From Syntrophales bacterium (GTDB lineage: Bacteria; Desulfobacterota; Syntrophia; Syntrophales; UBA5619): DNA of 64,000 nt. Made by a program: the position numbers and the translations under genes. Positions 28,395 through 37,560 of the stretch are shown piece after piece. The stretch covers positions 322,993-386,992 of the forward strand of contig JALNYO010000001.1 of the NCBI GenBank assembly GCA_023229765.1. Direction: 5' to 3'. Below the pieces are notes generated by a model, which saw nothing but the letters and a program-made list of their open reading frames with translations, did no database searches and was not told the DNA's origin. The stretch's first letter is position 1. Every line of letters begins with the position of its first letter.

Positions 28395-29156
28395 ATGAAG
28401 AAAAAAGCGGTTTTAGGAATTTTTTTGGGGTTATCGGCGGTTTTCATGATGCTTGCGGCAGCGGCTGTTGCTGCGGAAAAGGTTTATATCAACGGGATTG
28501 ACGCCAATTTCCCGCCGTTCGCGTATGTTGACAAGGCCGGCAATCCGGATGGATTCGACGTCAAGGCGCTGGACTGGATTGCCAGGGAGATGAAATTCAA
28601 GGTCAAACATCAGCCGATGGACTGGGACGGCATTATTCCCAGCCTGAAGGCAAAAAAGATCGATGTAGTCGCCTCCGGGATGAGCATCACCGAGGAGCGC
28701 AAAAAACAGGTTGATTTTACGACTGCCTACTGGAAGATTAAACAGGTTCTCGTCGCGAAGAAGAATGCCGCGGTAACCGCCGAGAAGGCCCTCGCCGACG
28801 GCAACAAGATCGGGGTGCAACGCGGCACCACCGAGGCGAAGTGGATCGAGGAGAATCTGATCAAAAAGGGCGGCAAGAAATTCGAGCTCGTCCAGTACGA
28901 TTCCGCGCCGCTGGCAATCGAAGATGTGGTGAACGGTCGGATTATTGCAGCCGCGATGGATGACGCCCCGGCGCTCGACGCGGTCAAGAAGAAGCCCGTC
29001 AAGATTCTGGGCGGTTTCGGGATGAAGGATGAAGAGTTCGGCTACGCAGTGCGCAAGGATGACAGGGAGTTTCTGAAAAAGCTTAACGATGGGCTGAAAA
29101 AACTGATGAAGTCGCCCTACTGGGCTGAGCTGAAAAAGAGCTACCTTGACAAATGA
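28395..29156 (+). CDS. Amino-acid ABC transporter substrate-binding protein (family 3)
   Basis: Signal peptide MKKKAVLGIFLGLSAVFMMLAAAAVA. GIDANFPPFAY...GFDV...DVVASGMSIT pattern. The ORF is open from 28377. Confidence 0.85.
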   Translation: MKKKAVLGIFLGLSAVFMMLAAAAVAAEKVYINGIDANFPPFAYVDKAGNPDGFDVKALDWIAREMKFKVKHQPMDWDGIIPSLKAKKIDVVASGMSITEERKKQVDFTTAYWKIKQVLVAKKNAAVTAEKALADGNKIGVQRGTTEAKWIEENLIKKGGKKFELVQYDSAPLAIEDVVNGRIIAAAMDDAPALDAVKKKPVKILGGFGMKDEEFGYAVRKDDREFLKKLNDGLKKLMKSPYWAELKKSYLDK

Positions 29157-29308
29157 TGTTGGCGCGGAGGAAGTCAGACCAGAGCTTTGAAAAATGCTGA
29201 ATTACCGGGGCGAAGAAAAACTCTTAAGACATTAAGACAGATGCCGGAAGGTCAGCGTGCCGACGCCTTTTAAAATTGTGCGTTTCGTTTCCGTAGAAGC
29301 GCGTATCG

Positions 29309-29343
29309 GGAAGGCCCCTCCAGAAAGGGGCCTTCCATTTTTC
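29309..29343 (+). terminator. Rho-independent terminator/attenuator hairpin inside the ABC operon
   Basis: GGAAGGCCCCT-CCAGAA-AGGGGCCTTCC followed by ATTTTTC. Confidence 0.6.
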
Positions 29344-29360
29344 AGGGTCTTGTTAAGCCA

Positions 29361-30032
29361 ATGCCGGAAAGTTTGATCGCTATTATCGACGCCCTTCCGT
29401 ATCTGTTGCAGGGTTCACTGGTTACCATCGCCGTTGTCGCCGGGGCGCTGAGTTTTGGTTTTCTGATTGGCGTTCCGCTGGCGGCCGGGCAGGTCTATGG
29501 CGGCGCGGCGATCCGCCGGAGCGTCGGAGTTTATGTCTGGTTTTTTCGCGGCATCCCGCTGCTTGTTTTTCTTTTTCTCTTTTACTTCGGTCTCTGCACG
29601 GCCCTGGGGATCAACCTTTCGGCCTTTACCGTCGCAATCATTGTGCTGGGTCTGATCAGCTCCGCCTACCAGTCCCAGATCATCCGCGGGGCGATTCAGG
29701 CGCTGCCGGAGGGACAGTTGAAGGCGGCGCGGGCGCTGGGTATGAGCGATTTTATGGCGATCTCCTCCATTATTATTCCCCAGGCGCTACGGCTTTCCAT
29801 CCCCGGTTTTTCCAACGAATACTCCATTCTGCTGAAGGATTCGGCGGTTACCTACGCGCTCGGCGTGGCCGAGATCATGGCGCGCACGCACTTTGTGGCG
29901 ACCAGAACCTATCAGCACTTCCCGCTCTATTTTGCGGCGGGGGTTATTTTCATGATCCTTACCTGGCTTGGCGTAAAAGGGTTGCGGCTTCTTGAAGACA
30001 AGGTAAGAATCCCCGGATATTCACATAATTGA
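29361..30032 (+). CDS. Amino-acid ABC transporter permease
   Basis: HisM/GlnP-type permease pattern, including the EAA-like loop QLKAARALGMS. Confidence 0.9.
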   Translation: MPESLIAIIDALPYLLQGSLVTIAVVAGALSFGFLIGVPLAAGQVYGGAAIRRSVGVYVWFFRGIPLLVFLFLFYFGLCTALGINLSAFTVAIIVLGLISSAYQSQIIRGAIQALPEGQLKAARALGMSDFMAISSIIIPQALRLSIPGFSNEYSILLKDSAVTYALGVAEIMARTHFVATRTYQHFPLYFAAGVIFMILTWLGVKGLRLLEDKVRIPGYSHN

Positions 30033-30045
30033 ACGCAGGAATGAA

Positions 30046-30804
30046 ATGACGTCTCCTATTTTGCGGATTGAAAATCTATCGAAAAGATATGGGCAGCGGG
30101 AAGTTCTGAGAGGGGTGTCGCTGGAGGTGGACAAGGGCGACTTGAAAATCCTCATCGGTCCCTCCGGAGCGGGGAAAAGCACGTTTCTACACTGCATCAA
30201 TTTTTTGGTGAAGCCGGATCAGGGGCGGGTCTGGCTGGACGAGCGGGAGATTCATCCCGAGCGCAAACGCGAACTGTACGCCTACCGCCAGAAGGTGGGG
30301 ATGATCTTTCAGGATTTCAACCTCTTCGATCACCTCAACGCCTTGGAGAACGTCCGGATCGGTCTTACTAAGGTCAAGGGGATAGGCCGGGAGGAGGCGG
30401 GTGAGCGCGCACGGCTGGAACTCGAACGGGTCGGTTTGAAAGAGCATATCCAGAAGTACCCGGCCCAGTTGTCGGGGGGGCAGAAACAGCGGGTCTCGAT
30501 CGCGCGGGCGCTGGCTATGGACCCGGAGGTGATGCTTTTGGACGAGCCCACCTCGGCCCTCGATCCGGAATTGATCGGCGAGGTGCACGCGGTTATCCGC
30601 GATCTGGGCGCGAACGGGATGACGATGATCATGGCGACTCATCAGATTGGCTTTGCCAGTTCGCTGGCAAGCGAGATCATCTTTATGGAGAACGGCTTGA
30701 TCGTTGAGCAGGGAACGCCGGACAAGATATTCAACGATGCCGAACATTCGCGAACCCGCGAATTCTGCTCAAAGATCACCGATCTCTATGGGGAACGCGG
30801 ATGA
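30046..30804 (+). CDS. Amino-acid ABC transporter ATP-binding protein
   Basis: Walker A GPSGAGKST, signature LSGGQKQR, Walker B MLLDEPTSALD. Confidence 0.95.
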   Translation: MTSPILRIENLSKRYGQREVLRGVSLEVDKGDLKILIGPSGAGKSTFLHCINFLVKPDQGRVWLDEREIHPERKRELYAYRQKVGMIFQDFNLFDHLNALENVRIGLTKVKGIGREEAGERARLELERVGLKEHIQKYPAQLSGGQKQRVSIARALAMDPEVMLLDEPTSALDPELIGEVHAVIRDLGANGMTMIMATHQIGFASSLASEIIFMENGLIVEQGTPDKIFNDAEHSRTREFCSKITDLYGERG

Positions 30805-31478
30805 CCGAAGGACTGCTCTATATACAAACAGAAGTCCTGCCCGCGCTTTTCCGGGGGTTCGGGGTCAGTTTGCAGCTCATTGTTCCCTCGGCGCTCGCCG
30901 GCCTCACACTCGGAACAGCCGTCGGGGTTTTCCGGGTGTACGGCAGCAGTCTCGTCCGCCGGGCGGCCGATGTCTATGCCGCCTTGTTTCGGGGGATCCC
31001 GCTTGTCATCCAGCTTTTCATCTGGTATTTCGGCTTGCCCTACTTCAACATCTACCTTAGCCCGTTTGCCGCGTCGGTTCTCGGTTTTTCACTCTGCAGC
31101 GGGGCTTACAATTCAGAATATGTTCGGGGGGCGCTCTTGTCGATCAAGCGGGGGCAGATGCTTGCCGCCGAATCGCTCGGTTTCAGCCGAATCCGGATGA
31201 TTGTCTCGATCATCCTGCCGCAGGCGGTGCGCCGAGCCCTGCCCGGGTGCGGAAATGAGGTTATCTACCTGATTAAATATTCCTCGCTGGCCTACATGGT
31301 GACCTGTATCGAGCTTACCGGCGAGGGGAAGATCCTGGCGTCGAACTCCTTCCGGTTCACCGAGGTGTTCCTGATAGTCGGGGCCTGCTACCTGCTGATG
31401 ACGTCGGTTGCGGGGTTGATCCTTGCCCGGATGGAAAATCATTTGAGAATCCCCGGCTTCGAGCAGCAGCGAACGTGA
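30801..31478 (+). CDS. Amino-acid ABC transporter permease (second)
   Basis: Same family, with EAA-like loop GQMLAAESLGFS. ATGA overlap with the ATPase stop. Confidence 0.9.
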   Translation: MTEGLLYIQTEVLPALFRGFGVSLQLIVPSALAGLTLGTAVGVFRVYGSSLVRRAADVYAALFRGIPLVIQLFIWYFGLPYFNIYLSPFAASVLGFSLCSGAYNSEYVRGALLSIKRGQMLAAESLGFSRIRMIVSIILPQAVRRALPGCGNEVIYLIKYSSLAYMVTCIELTGEGKILASNSFRFTEVFLIVGACYLLMTSVAGLILARMENHLRIPGFEQQRT

Positions 31479-31832
31479 AGTACACCCTGTATCTTGCTTG
31501 TCGCAATTCCTTTTCAACACAGGAAATATCAATATTTTGACAAGATATTCACATAGTTACGCTTAAAAATGACGCAAGATGCCATAAGATTATATAGTTA
31601 TATAGATATACGTTTATAATCTATGTTCTGTAAGCATCCGGAATGTCACTGTAAAAAATGATCTTTGGTAAAGCGCTTGACAAATAAAACAACTTGTAGT
31701 CGATTAATCACGCGGAAGCATCATCAACCCCGAAAAAATAAAGCGCCGGTTTCATGCGTTTACCGCCGGTATCTGGAACGGCGAAGTTAATCTCAAGGGC
31801 CATGACTTTTACTGAAAAAGGAGGATCGACGA

Positions 31833-32840
31833 ATGAAGAAGCATAGTTGGGGAAAGGTTTGGTTTGCGGCCGCGGTATTTGCGGTGGTGCAGATAATAAG
31901 CGGACCCGCAGCATTGTGGGCGAAGACGGAAATAAGACTTTCTAACCAGTTGCCGCCTTCCCACCACATTTCCAAGGGGCTGGCAGTATTTGCCGAAAAG
32001 GTAAAGGAGTATTCCAAAGGCGCGGTTGAGGTGAAGGTGTTTGATTCCGCGCAGCTTTTCAAGGATACAGAGATTGTCGAGGCGCTTCAGGAAGGACTGG
32101 TCGATTCCGGGCTTGTTCCCATCAACAAATGGTCGGGAATGATTCCCGCTGCCGATGTCTTTGAGATGCCGTTCATTTTCAAGGATTTCTCTTCAACAAA
32201 GCAATTCATCGAAGCGGGGGCAGGGGAGCTGCTCGACGCGGAGTTCCAGAAAAAGGCCGTTAAAACCCTTTTTTGGGTTGATTACGGCTACATCCAGTTT
32301 TTCAACAACAAACGTCCTCTAACAACCCCCGCTGATTTCAAGGGGCTGAAAATGAGATCCTTCAGCAGTGGCGATGCCGAGACGCTCCGGGCGCTCGGCT
32401 CGGCGCCTACGGTCATGAGTTCCTCGGAGATGTATATGGCGCTCCAGCGGGGAACGGTTGACGGGGCGACAACCGGAATGCCTGCCGCGGTTTCCCGCAA
32501 GCTTATGGAAGTGCAGAAGTACATGACGGAGGCAAACTATACGACGGCGCAATTTGCCGTGCAGGCGAATCTGAAGAGCTGGCAGAAGCTGCCGAAGGAT
32601 CAGCAGGAAGCCATCCTGAAAGCAGGGAAAGATGCCGAGGCATGGATCCGTGGGGCAATTGCCGATTCGGAAAAAAAGGCCAGGGAGACGATTGTAAAGG
32701 CGGGGGTGGCGATTCAGACGCTGACGCCGGCAAACCGCAAGCTGTTTATCGCGGCGACCGAGCCGGTGCGCAAGAACTTTGCCGACAAGACAGGCGCTTT
32801 GGCCAAAAAACTGATGGATATCGCGCTGGGAATGAAATAA
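31833..32840 (+). CDS. dctP: TRAP transporter substrate-binding protein (DctP family)
   Basis: Signal peptide and a DctP-like pattern. Followed by small and large TRAP permeases. Confidence 0.9.
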   Translation: MKKHSWGKVWFAAAVFAVVQIISGPAALWAKTEIRLSNQLPPSHHISKGLAVFAEKVKEYSKGAVEVKVFDSAQLFKDTEIVEALQEGLVDSGLVPINKWSGMIPAADVFEMPFIFKDFSSTKQFIEAGAGELLDAEFQKKAVKTLFWVDYGYIQFFNNKRPLTTPADFKGLKMRSFSSGDAETLRALGSAPTVMSSSEMYMALQRGTVDGATTGMPAAVSRKLMEVQKYMTEANYTTAQFAVQANLKSWQKLPKDQQEAILKAGKDAEAWIRGAIADSEKKARETIVKAGVAIQTLTPANRKLFIAATEPVRKNFADKTGALAKKLMDIALGMK

Positions 32841-32844
32841 TTCA

Positions 32845-32885
32845 GAGGGACGGTGCGGTGCGCTCTTGCTGCCGCACCGTCCCTC
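32845..32885 (+). promoter_or_regulatory. Perfect 14-bp-stem intercistronic hairpin after dctP
   Basis: GAGGGACGGTGCGG (32845-32858) pairs with CCGCACCGTCCCTC (32872-32885). There is no T-tract afterwards. Confidence 0.55.
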
Positions 32886-32947
32886 AAAAGCGTTAAAGCC
32901 GCTGCGGCTGATTTTCCCTGTCTCCGGGAAAAGTGAAAGGGCGTGCC

Positions 32948-33463
32948 ATGATGGAGAAAATCCGGGCGATCATTGAAAAAAGCAACCTCTATTTAGGAAT
33001 TATCAGCGGGATGGGGATCCTTTTCATGGGACTGATCCTGGCTTACGAGGTTGTCTGCCGCTATATTTTTAACGCACCGACGATCTGGACACAGGAGGTT
33101 TCCATCTACCTGTTCATGTGGACGATGCTCGCGGCTTCGTCTTATACGCTTCAGACCGGCAAGCACGTGCGCGTAGATCTGCTCTTGGAGAGAATGCGCG
33201 TCAGAACAAGGCTGCTTACGGAGGGGGCGACCGGCATTGTCGGCGCCTTGTATTGCCTGATTGTTGCGCAGCAGGCCTGGCAGATGCTGGCCATGTCGAT
33301 TGAATACGGAAAGCTGTCGGCCACCCCGCTGCGGGTGCCTCTGTGGATACCTCAGTCGGCCCTGCTGATCGGTTTTGTGCTGCTTACCCTGCAATTTATC
33401 ATAATCGTTCTGAAGAGGTTATCGGAATTGCGCGCCATAGGAAACAGGGGGGCAGTCAGATGA
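32948..33463 (+). CDS. dctQ: TRAP transporter small permease (DctQ family)
   Basis: Four-TM small subunit pattern. ATG at 32948/32951; the ORF is open from GTG 32933. Confidence 0.85.
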   Translation: MMEKIRAIIEKSNLYLGIISGMGILFMGLILAYEVVCRYIFNAPTIWTQEVSIYLFMWTMLAASSYTLQTGKHVRVDLLLERMRVRTRLLTEGATGIVGALYCLIVAQQAWQMLAMSIEYGKLSATPLRVPLWIPQSALLIGFVLLTLQFIIIVLKRLSELRAIGNRGAVR

Positions 33464-34737
33464 TAACATTTCTCATTGTCCTTGCCCTCATTTTAATTCT
33501 GCTTTTTGCCGGATTGCCGGTGGCCTTTTCCCTCGGCTCGGCCTCGGTGTTGCTGCTGTTTTTTTACGACCTGCCGCTGAAGATTATCGGCAGCACCGTT
33601 TTCGGCTCGCTGGACAGCTTCGTTCTGCTGGCCATTCCGCTTTTTGTCATGATGAGCCAAGTGCTGCTCGACGGCCGGATCGGGGATGACCTGTTCGATA
33701 CCGTCAATGTTTGGGTCCGCCATCTGCCGGGAGGGCTCGCGATCGCGACCGTTATTGCCTGCGCGTTCTTCGCGGCGATCACCGGCTCCGGGGCCGCTTC
33801 GGCCGCGACGATCGGGATGGTGGCGTATCCCGCGATGCTGGCGCGGGGATATGACAAGAAATTTACGCTGGGATTGCTGGGAACCGGCGGCACGCTGGGG
33901 ATACTCATCCCGCCCAGCATTCCGCTTATCATCTACGGCGAGGTGGCCGAGGAGTCTGTCGGCAGGCTTTTTATGGCCGGAGTCGTTCCCGGGATTGTCC
34001 TGACGACGATTCTGGTTCTGTACGCGGCCTTTCGCAGCGTCAGAGGAGGTTATCAGCGTCTTGAGCCCGCGTCCTGGCCGGAGAGGCTGCGGGTGACGAG
34101 AAAGAACCTCTGGGGCATCATGCTGCCGGTTATAATTCTGGGCGGCATTTACAGCGGCATTTTCACGCCTACCGAGGCCGCCGCCGCCGGGCTGGTTTAC
34201 AGCCTCTTCATCACGCTGTTCATTTATCGCACCATTCGCTTACGCGATGTTCCGGAGATTGGCCTCAAATCGGCAGCCACTTCGTGCATGATCGCGATGA
34301 TTATCACCGGAGCGATGCTGTTCGGCAGGGTTATGACTTTGCTGGAGATTCCCCAGCAGCTCACGGAACTTATCATTCAGTGGAAACTTTCCCCTCTCAT
34401 GTTCGTGGTGGCGATGAATATTCTGATGATTCTCCTGGGGTGCATTCTGGAGACCGTCTCGATCATCCTGTTGACGATGCCGCTGGTTGTTCCGATCATC
34501 CATACGCTGGGGATCGACCCGATCTGGTACGCGATCGTGCTTACCGTCAATATGGAGATGGCGCTGGTGACGCCGCCCGTCGGGATGAACCTCTACGTCA
34601 TCAGCGGGCTTGCTCCGGAGATCCGCATGGCGGAGGTGATCAGGGGCATAACGCCCTTTATCATCATCCTCTTTCTTTTCCTTGTTTTAACGATCGCTTT
34701 CCCGGCGATGAGCACCTGGTTGCCGTCGGTTATGTGA
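33460..34737 (+). CDS. dctM: TRAP transporter large permease (DctM family)
   Basis: MITFLIVLALIL..., about 425 aa, polytopic. ATGA overlap with the dctQ stop; the upstream extension to 33343 overlaps dctQ. Confidence 0.9.
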   Translation: MITFLIVLALILILLFAGLPVAFSLGSASVLLLFFYDLPLKIIGSTVFGSLDSFVLLAIPLFVMMSQVLLDGRIGDDLFDTVNVWVRHLPGGLAIATVIACAFFAAITGSGAASAATIGMVAYPAMLARGYDKKFTLGLLGTGGTLGILIPPSIPLIIYGEVAEESVGRLFMAGVVPGIVLTTILVLYAAFRSVRGGYQRLEPASWPERLRVTRKNLWGIMLPVIILGGIYSGIFTPTEAAAAGLVYSLFITLFIYRTIRLRDVPEIGLKSAATSCMIAMIITGAMLFGRVMTLLEIPQQLTELIIQWKLSPLMFVVAMNILMILLGCILETVSIILLTMPLVVPIIHTLGIDPIWYAIVLTVNMEMALVTPPVGMNLYVISGLAPEIRMAEVIRGITPFIIILFLFLVLTIAFPAMSTWLPSVM

Positions 34738-34749
34738 GCTCTCAAGAGG

Positions 34750-35823
34750 TCATCCCTTGGCGATATAATCAGCAATCAAATCGCCTACTTCTTTTGTGCC
34801 TCGGCCCATGTTTCCGGAAGCGAGGCTGCGGATGTCCTGGATAAGCGCCTTTTTTACCGCATTTTCGACGCGCGCTGCCGCGGCGGATTGTCCCAGATGT
34901 TCGAGCATCATGGAGGCCGCCATGATCGCGGCCAGCGGATTGATAACGTTTTGTCCGGCGTATTTCGGCGCCGAACCGCCGATGGGTTCAAACATCGAAA
35001 CCCCGGCGGGGTTGATGTTGCCGCCGGCGGCGATTCCCAGCCCGCCCTGGATCATCGCGCCGATGTCGGTGATGATGTCTCCGAACAGATTGTCGGTGAC
35101 GATTACGTCGAACCATTCCGGGTTCTTGATCATCCACATGGAAACCGCGTCAACATGGGCGTAATCGGTGGTTACATCCGGGTATTCCGCCGCCACCAGG
35201 TGAAAGACCCGTTCCCAGAGATCAAACGCATAGGTCAGGACGTTCGTTTTGCCGCAGAGCGTCAGTTTCTTGCGTTTGCCCCGTTTTCGGCAGTATTCGA
35301 AGGCATAGCGAATACAGCGCTCGACGCCGTAGCGGGTGTTGATTGACTCCTGGATCGCCACTTCCTGTTGAGTTCCTTTTCTCAGGAACCCCCCCCCGCC
35401 GGTGTACAGACCCTCCGTGTTTTCCCGGACGACGGCAAAGTCAATCTCTTTGGGGCCCTTGTTCTTCAACGGCGTTTCCACGCCGTCATAAAGGGCAACC
35501 GGCCGGAGGTTGATGTACTGATCCAGCCGGAAGCGCAACTCCAAAAGCAGACCCTTTTCCAGGATGCCCGGCTTCACGTCTGGGTGGCCGATTGCCCCGA
35601 GCATAATCGCATCCATTTTTGCAATTTCCGCCAGAACGCTTTCCGGAAGGATTTCGCCTGTCTTGAGAAACCGCTCGCCGCCGAGATCATAGTGGTGCAG
35701 ATCGAAGTGGAGCTGGTCGCGGCTCCCTGCCGCTTCCAGGGCTTTCAGCGCCTCCCGGATCACCTCCGGACCGGTGCCGTCGCCGGGAAGGACGGCGATG
35801 GTAAATGTCGTTTTTCCGCTCAT
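34750..35823 (-). CDS. Tartrate dehydrogenase / D-malate dehydrogenase (decarboxylating) / 3-isopropylmalate dehydrogenase family enzyme
   Basis: IAVLPGDGTGPEV, VRENTEGLY, NLFGDIITDIGA and FEPIGGSAPKYAGQNVINP motifs. AGGAGA Shine-Dalgarno before ATG 35823. Confidence 0.85.
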   Translation of the reverse strand: MSGKTTFTIAVLPGDGTGPEVIREALKALEAAGSRDQLHFDLHHYDLGGERFLKTGEILPESVLAEIAKMDAIMLGAIGHPDVKPGILEKGLLLELRFRLDQYINLRPVALYDGVETPLKNKGPKEIDFAVVRENTEGLYTGGGGFLRKGTQQEVAIQESINTRYGVERCIRYAFEYCRKRGKRKKLTLCGKTNVLTYAFDLWERVFHLVAAEYPDVTTDYAHVDAVSMWMIKNPEWFDVIVTDNLFGDIITDIGAMIQGGLGIAAGGNINPAGVSMFEPIGGSAPKYAGQNVINPLAAIMAASMMLEHLGQSAAAARVENAVKKALIQDIRSLASGNMGRGTKEVGDLIADYIAKG

Positions 35824-35956
35824 GTTTTGTCTCCTTTTTTTGTGGTAAAATTCTGCATCGATCCATCGTTGGGCGGCGGATGTCACAGATGCTGGTTAAA
35901 AATGAGGGAGAGGGGATTTCACCCCCCCCCGCTTTAACCCCATTGGTTTCTCTATG

Positions 35957-36466
35957 TCAAATCTGCGGTCCGGCTTTTGCGTCCCCCGGCGGAGTCAATC
36001 CTGACTTGATAAGAACCGCATACTGAAGCGCCAGCAGTAAAAAACCAAGCGGGAGAAAAAGATAGGGAATGAACATCGGCGTGCCGAGCGATGTGGACAT
36101 CCGGTCATGGTGCTGCCAGGCCTGAATGGTCATCACTGAGCCTTTCCAGATCATCGCGGTGCAGAAAAGAATTCCCAGCGCGCCGCGAAGAACTCCCAGT
36201 CGTTGAACAACGCGCCCTGACAACCGCTCGGTCAGAAAGGTGACGCGGATGTGAACCCCGGAACTCAGAACATCCGCTGTCGGGATCGTGCAGACGAACA
36301 AGAGCAGGAACGTATTAACCTCCAGCGCCCAATGGGTCGGGGCGGCAAAGATGTAGCGCATCAGCACATCGTAAAAGATGCTGACCACCATGAAGGCCAT
36401 CGCCGCCTGTCCCAGGATGCCTGTAGTTTTGGAAAGCCCTGGAATGATTCCCGCCGGTTCATTCAT
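35957..36466 (-). CDS. dctQ: TRAP transporter small permease (DctQ family)
   Basis: 169 aa, four predicted TM segments, adjacent to TRAP P and M genes. Confidence 0.8.
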   Translation of the reverse strand: MNEPAGIIPGLSKTTGILGQAAMAFMVVSIFYDVLMRYIFAAPTHWALEVNTFLLLFVCTIPTADVLSSGVHIRVTFLTERLSGRVVQRLGVLRGALGILFCTAMIWKGSVMTIQAWQHHDRMSTSLGTPMFIPYLFLPLGFLLLALQYAVLIKSGLTPPGDAKAGPQI

Positions 36467-36471
36467 CTTAT

Positions 36472-37509
36472 TCAGCCTTTCCCCAAGGCGAGGTTAATCG
36501 CCTTCTGGCCGGTTTCCTCCCCGACCTGTTTTTTCCACCATGCCCAGACAGGCATGCTCTTTTCTTCAAAGTCCTTCAATTCAGCTGCGGTGGGTTTGAA
36601 TATCTGGAGCCCCGCCTTTTGCAACTGCGGCCAGAACTGTTCCGGATAAAATTTCCGGTTAATGTCGGCTGCGTAGGTGCGGTCAAACTCTTGGGACGCA
36701 TCCCAGAAAGCGGCTTTTATCTTGTCGGGGAGTTTGTCCCACTTGTCTTTGAGGAAAAAAATCGCTATCGAGAAACCGGTCATCGGCAGCTTGTAGCAAT
36801 ATTTGACCTGCTCGTAGATTTTTCGCCCCATGATCGTGCTGATGTTGGCAAGCGTTGCATCTACGGTCCCGCGCTGAACGGCGAGGTAAAGCTCCGAAGA
36901 GGGTACGCGCGCGCCGCCGACGCCATAAGCTTTCAGCACCTCTTCCGCTTCGAAGGCGACCGTCCGGATGCGCTTTCCTTTCAGGTCGGCAAGGCTGGCG
37001 ATTCTGTTCTTTCCGCTCCAGATGTATTCCGGCTCGAGGATGCCGCCGCCCGCGGTCAGCATGAAGGTATTGTCCTTTGCCAGGGAATCGTTGATCAGCT
37101 TCCACAGGGGGCTTTCCATCGCGAGTCGCTCCCCGTGTTCGTAGAGGTTGTCACAGAGGCTGGGGAGCCCGAGAAGGCCAAGAATCGGGTAGTTGCGCGT
37201 GATGTACGAGGTCGTGTGGAACATGAACTGGATTGTCCCCGCCCGCAGCGCCGACACCTGTTCGTCCGCCTTGACAAGGGTTCCGGAATCGAAGAAGTCC
37301 ATCTTCAGCAGGTCGGGATGTTTCTTCAGGCGATCAACAAACGTGACGATCGGCGGGAAGAGGTCTTTGTAGGCGGGGGTCAGATAGGTGACGCCCGTAT
37401 AAGTCGGCGGCGCGGCAAACGCCTCGGTGAGCCAGCGATCGGACAAGCCGAGCATGACAATGCCTGTCCCTGCCGTTGTTAAGAAATCTCTGCGTGTGAT
37501 TTTTCCCAT
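36472..37509 (-). CDS. dctP: TRAP transporter substrate-binding protein with twin-arginine signal
   Basis: MGKITRRDFLTTAGTGIVMLGL (Tat motif RRDFL), with a DctP-like body. Confidence 0.85.
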   Translation of the reverse strand: MGKITRRDFLTTAGTGIVMLGLSDRWLTEAFAAPPTYTGVTYLTPAYKDLFPPIVTFVDRLKKHPDLLKMDFFDSGTLVKADEQVSALRAGTIQFMFHTTSYITRNYPILGLLGLPSLCDNLYEHGERLAMESPLWKLINDSLAKDNTFMLTAGGGILEPEYIWSGKNRIASLADLKGKRIRTVAFEAEEVLKAYGVGGARVPSSELYLAVQRGTVDATLANISTIMGRKIYEQVKYCYKLPMTGFSIAIFFLKDKWDKLPDKIKAAFWDASQEFDRTYAADINRKFYPEQFWPQLQKAGLQIFKPTAAELKDFEEKSMPVWAWWKKQVGEETGQKAINLALGKG

Positions 37510-37560
37510 AGCTTTTTCCTCCTTGTCCTTTCTTTTGTTTGGGTTTTCCCTGTTTAAAAA

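Noticed and set aside
33343-33459. Long 5' extension of dctM overlapping dctQ
   Set aside because: The extension overlaps the dctQ coding region. ATG 33460 gives the canonical hydrophobic DctM N-terminus with an ATGA stop/start overlap.
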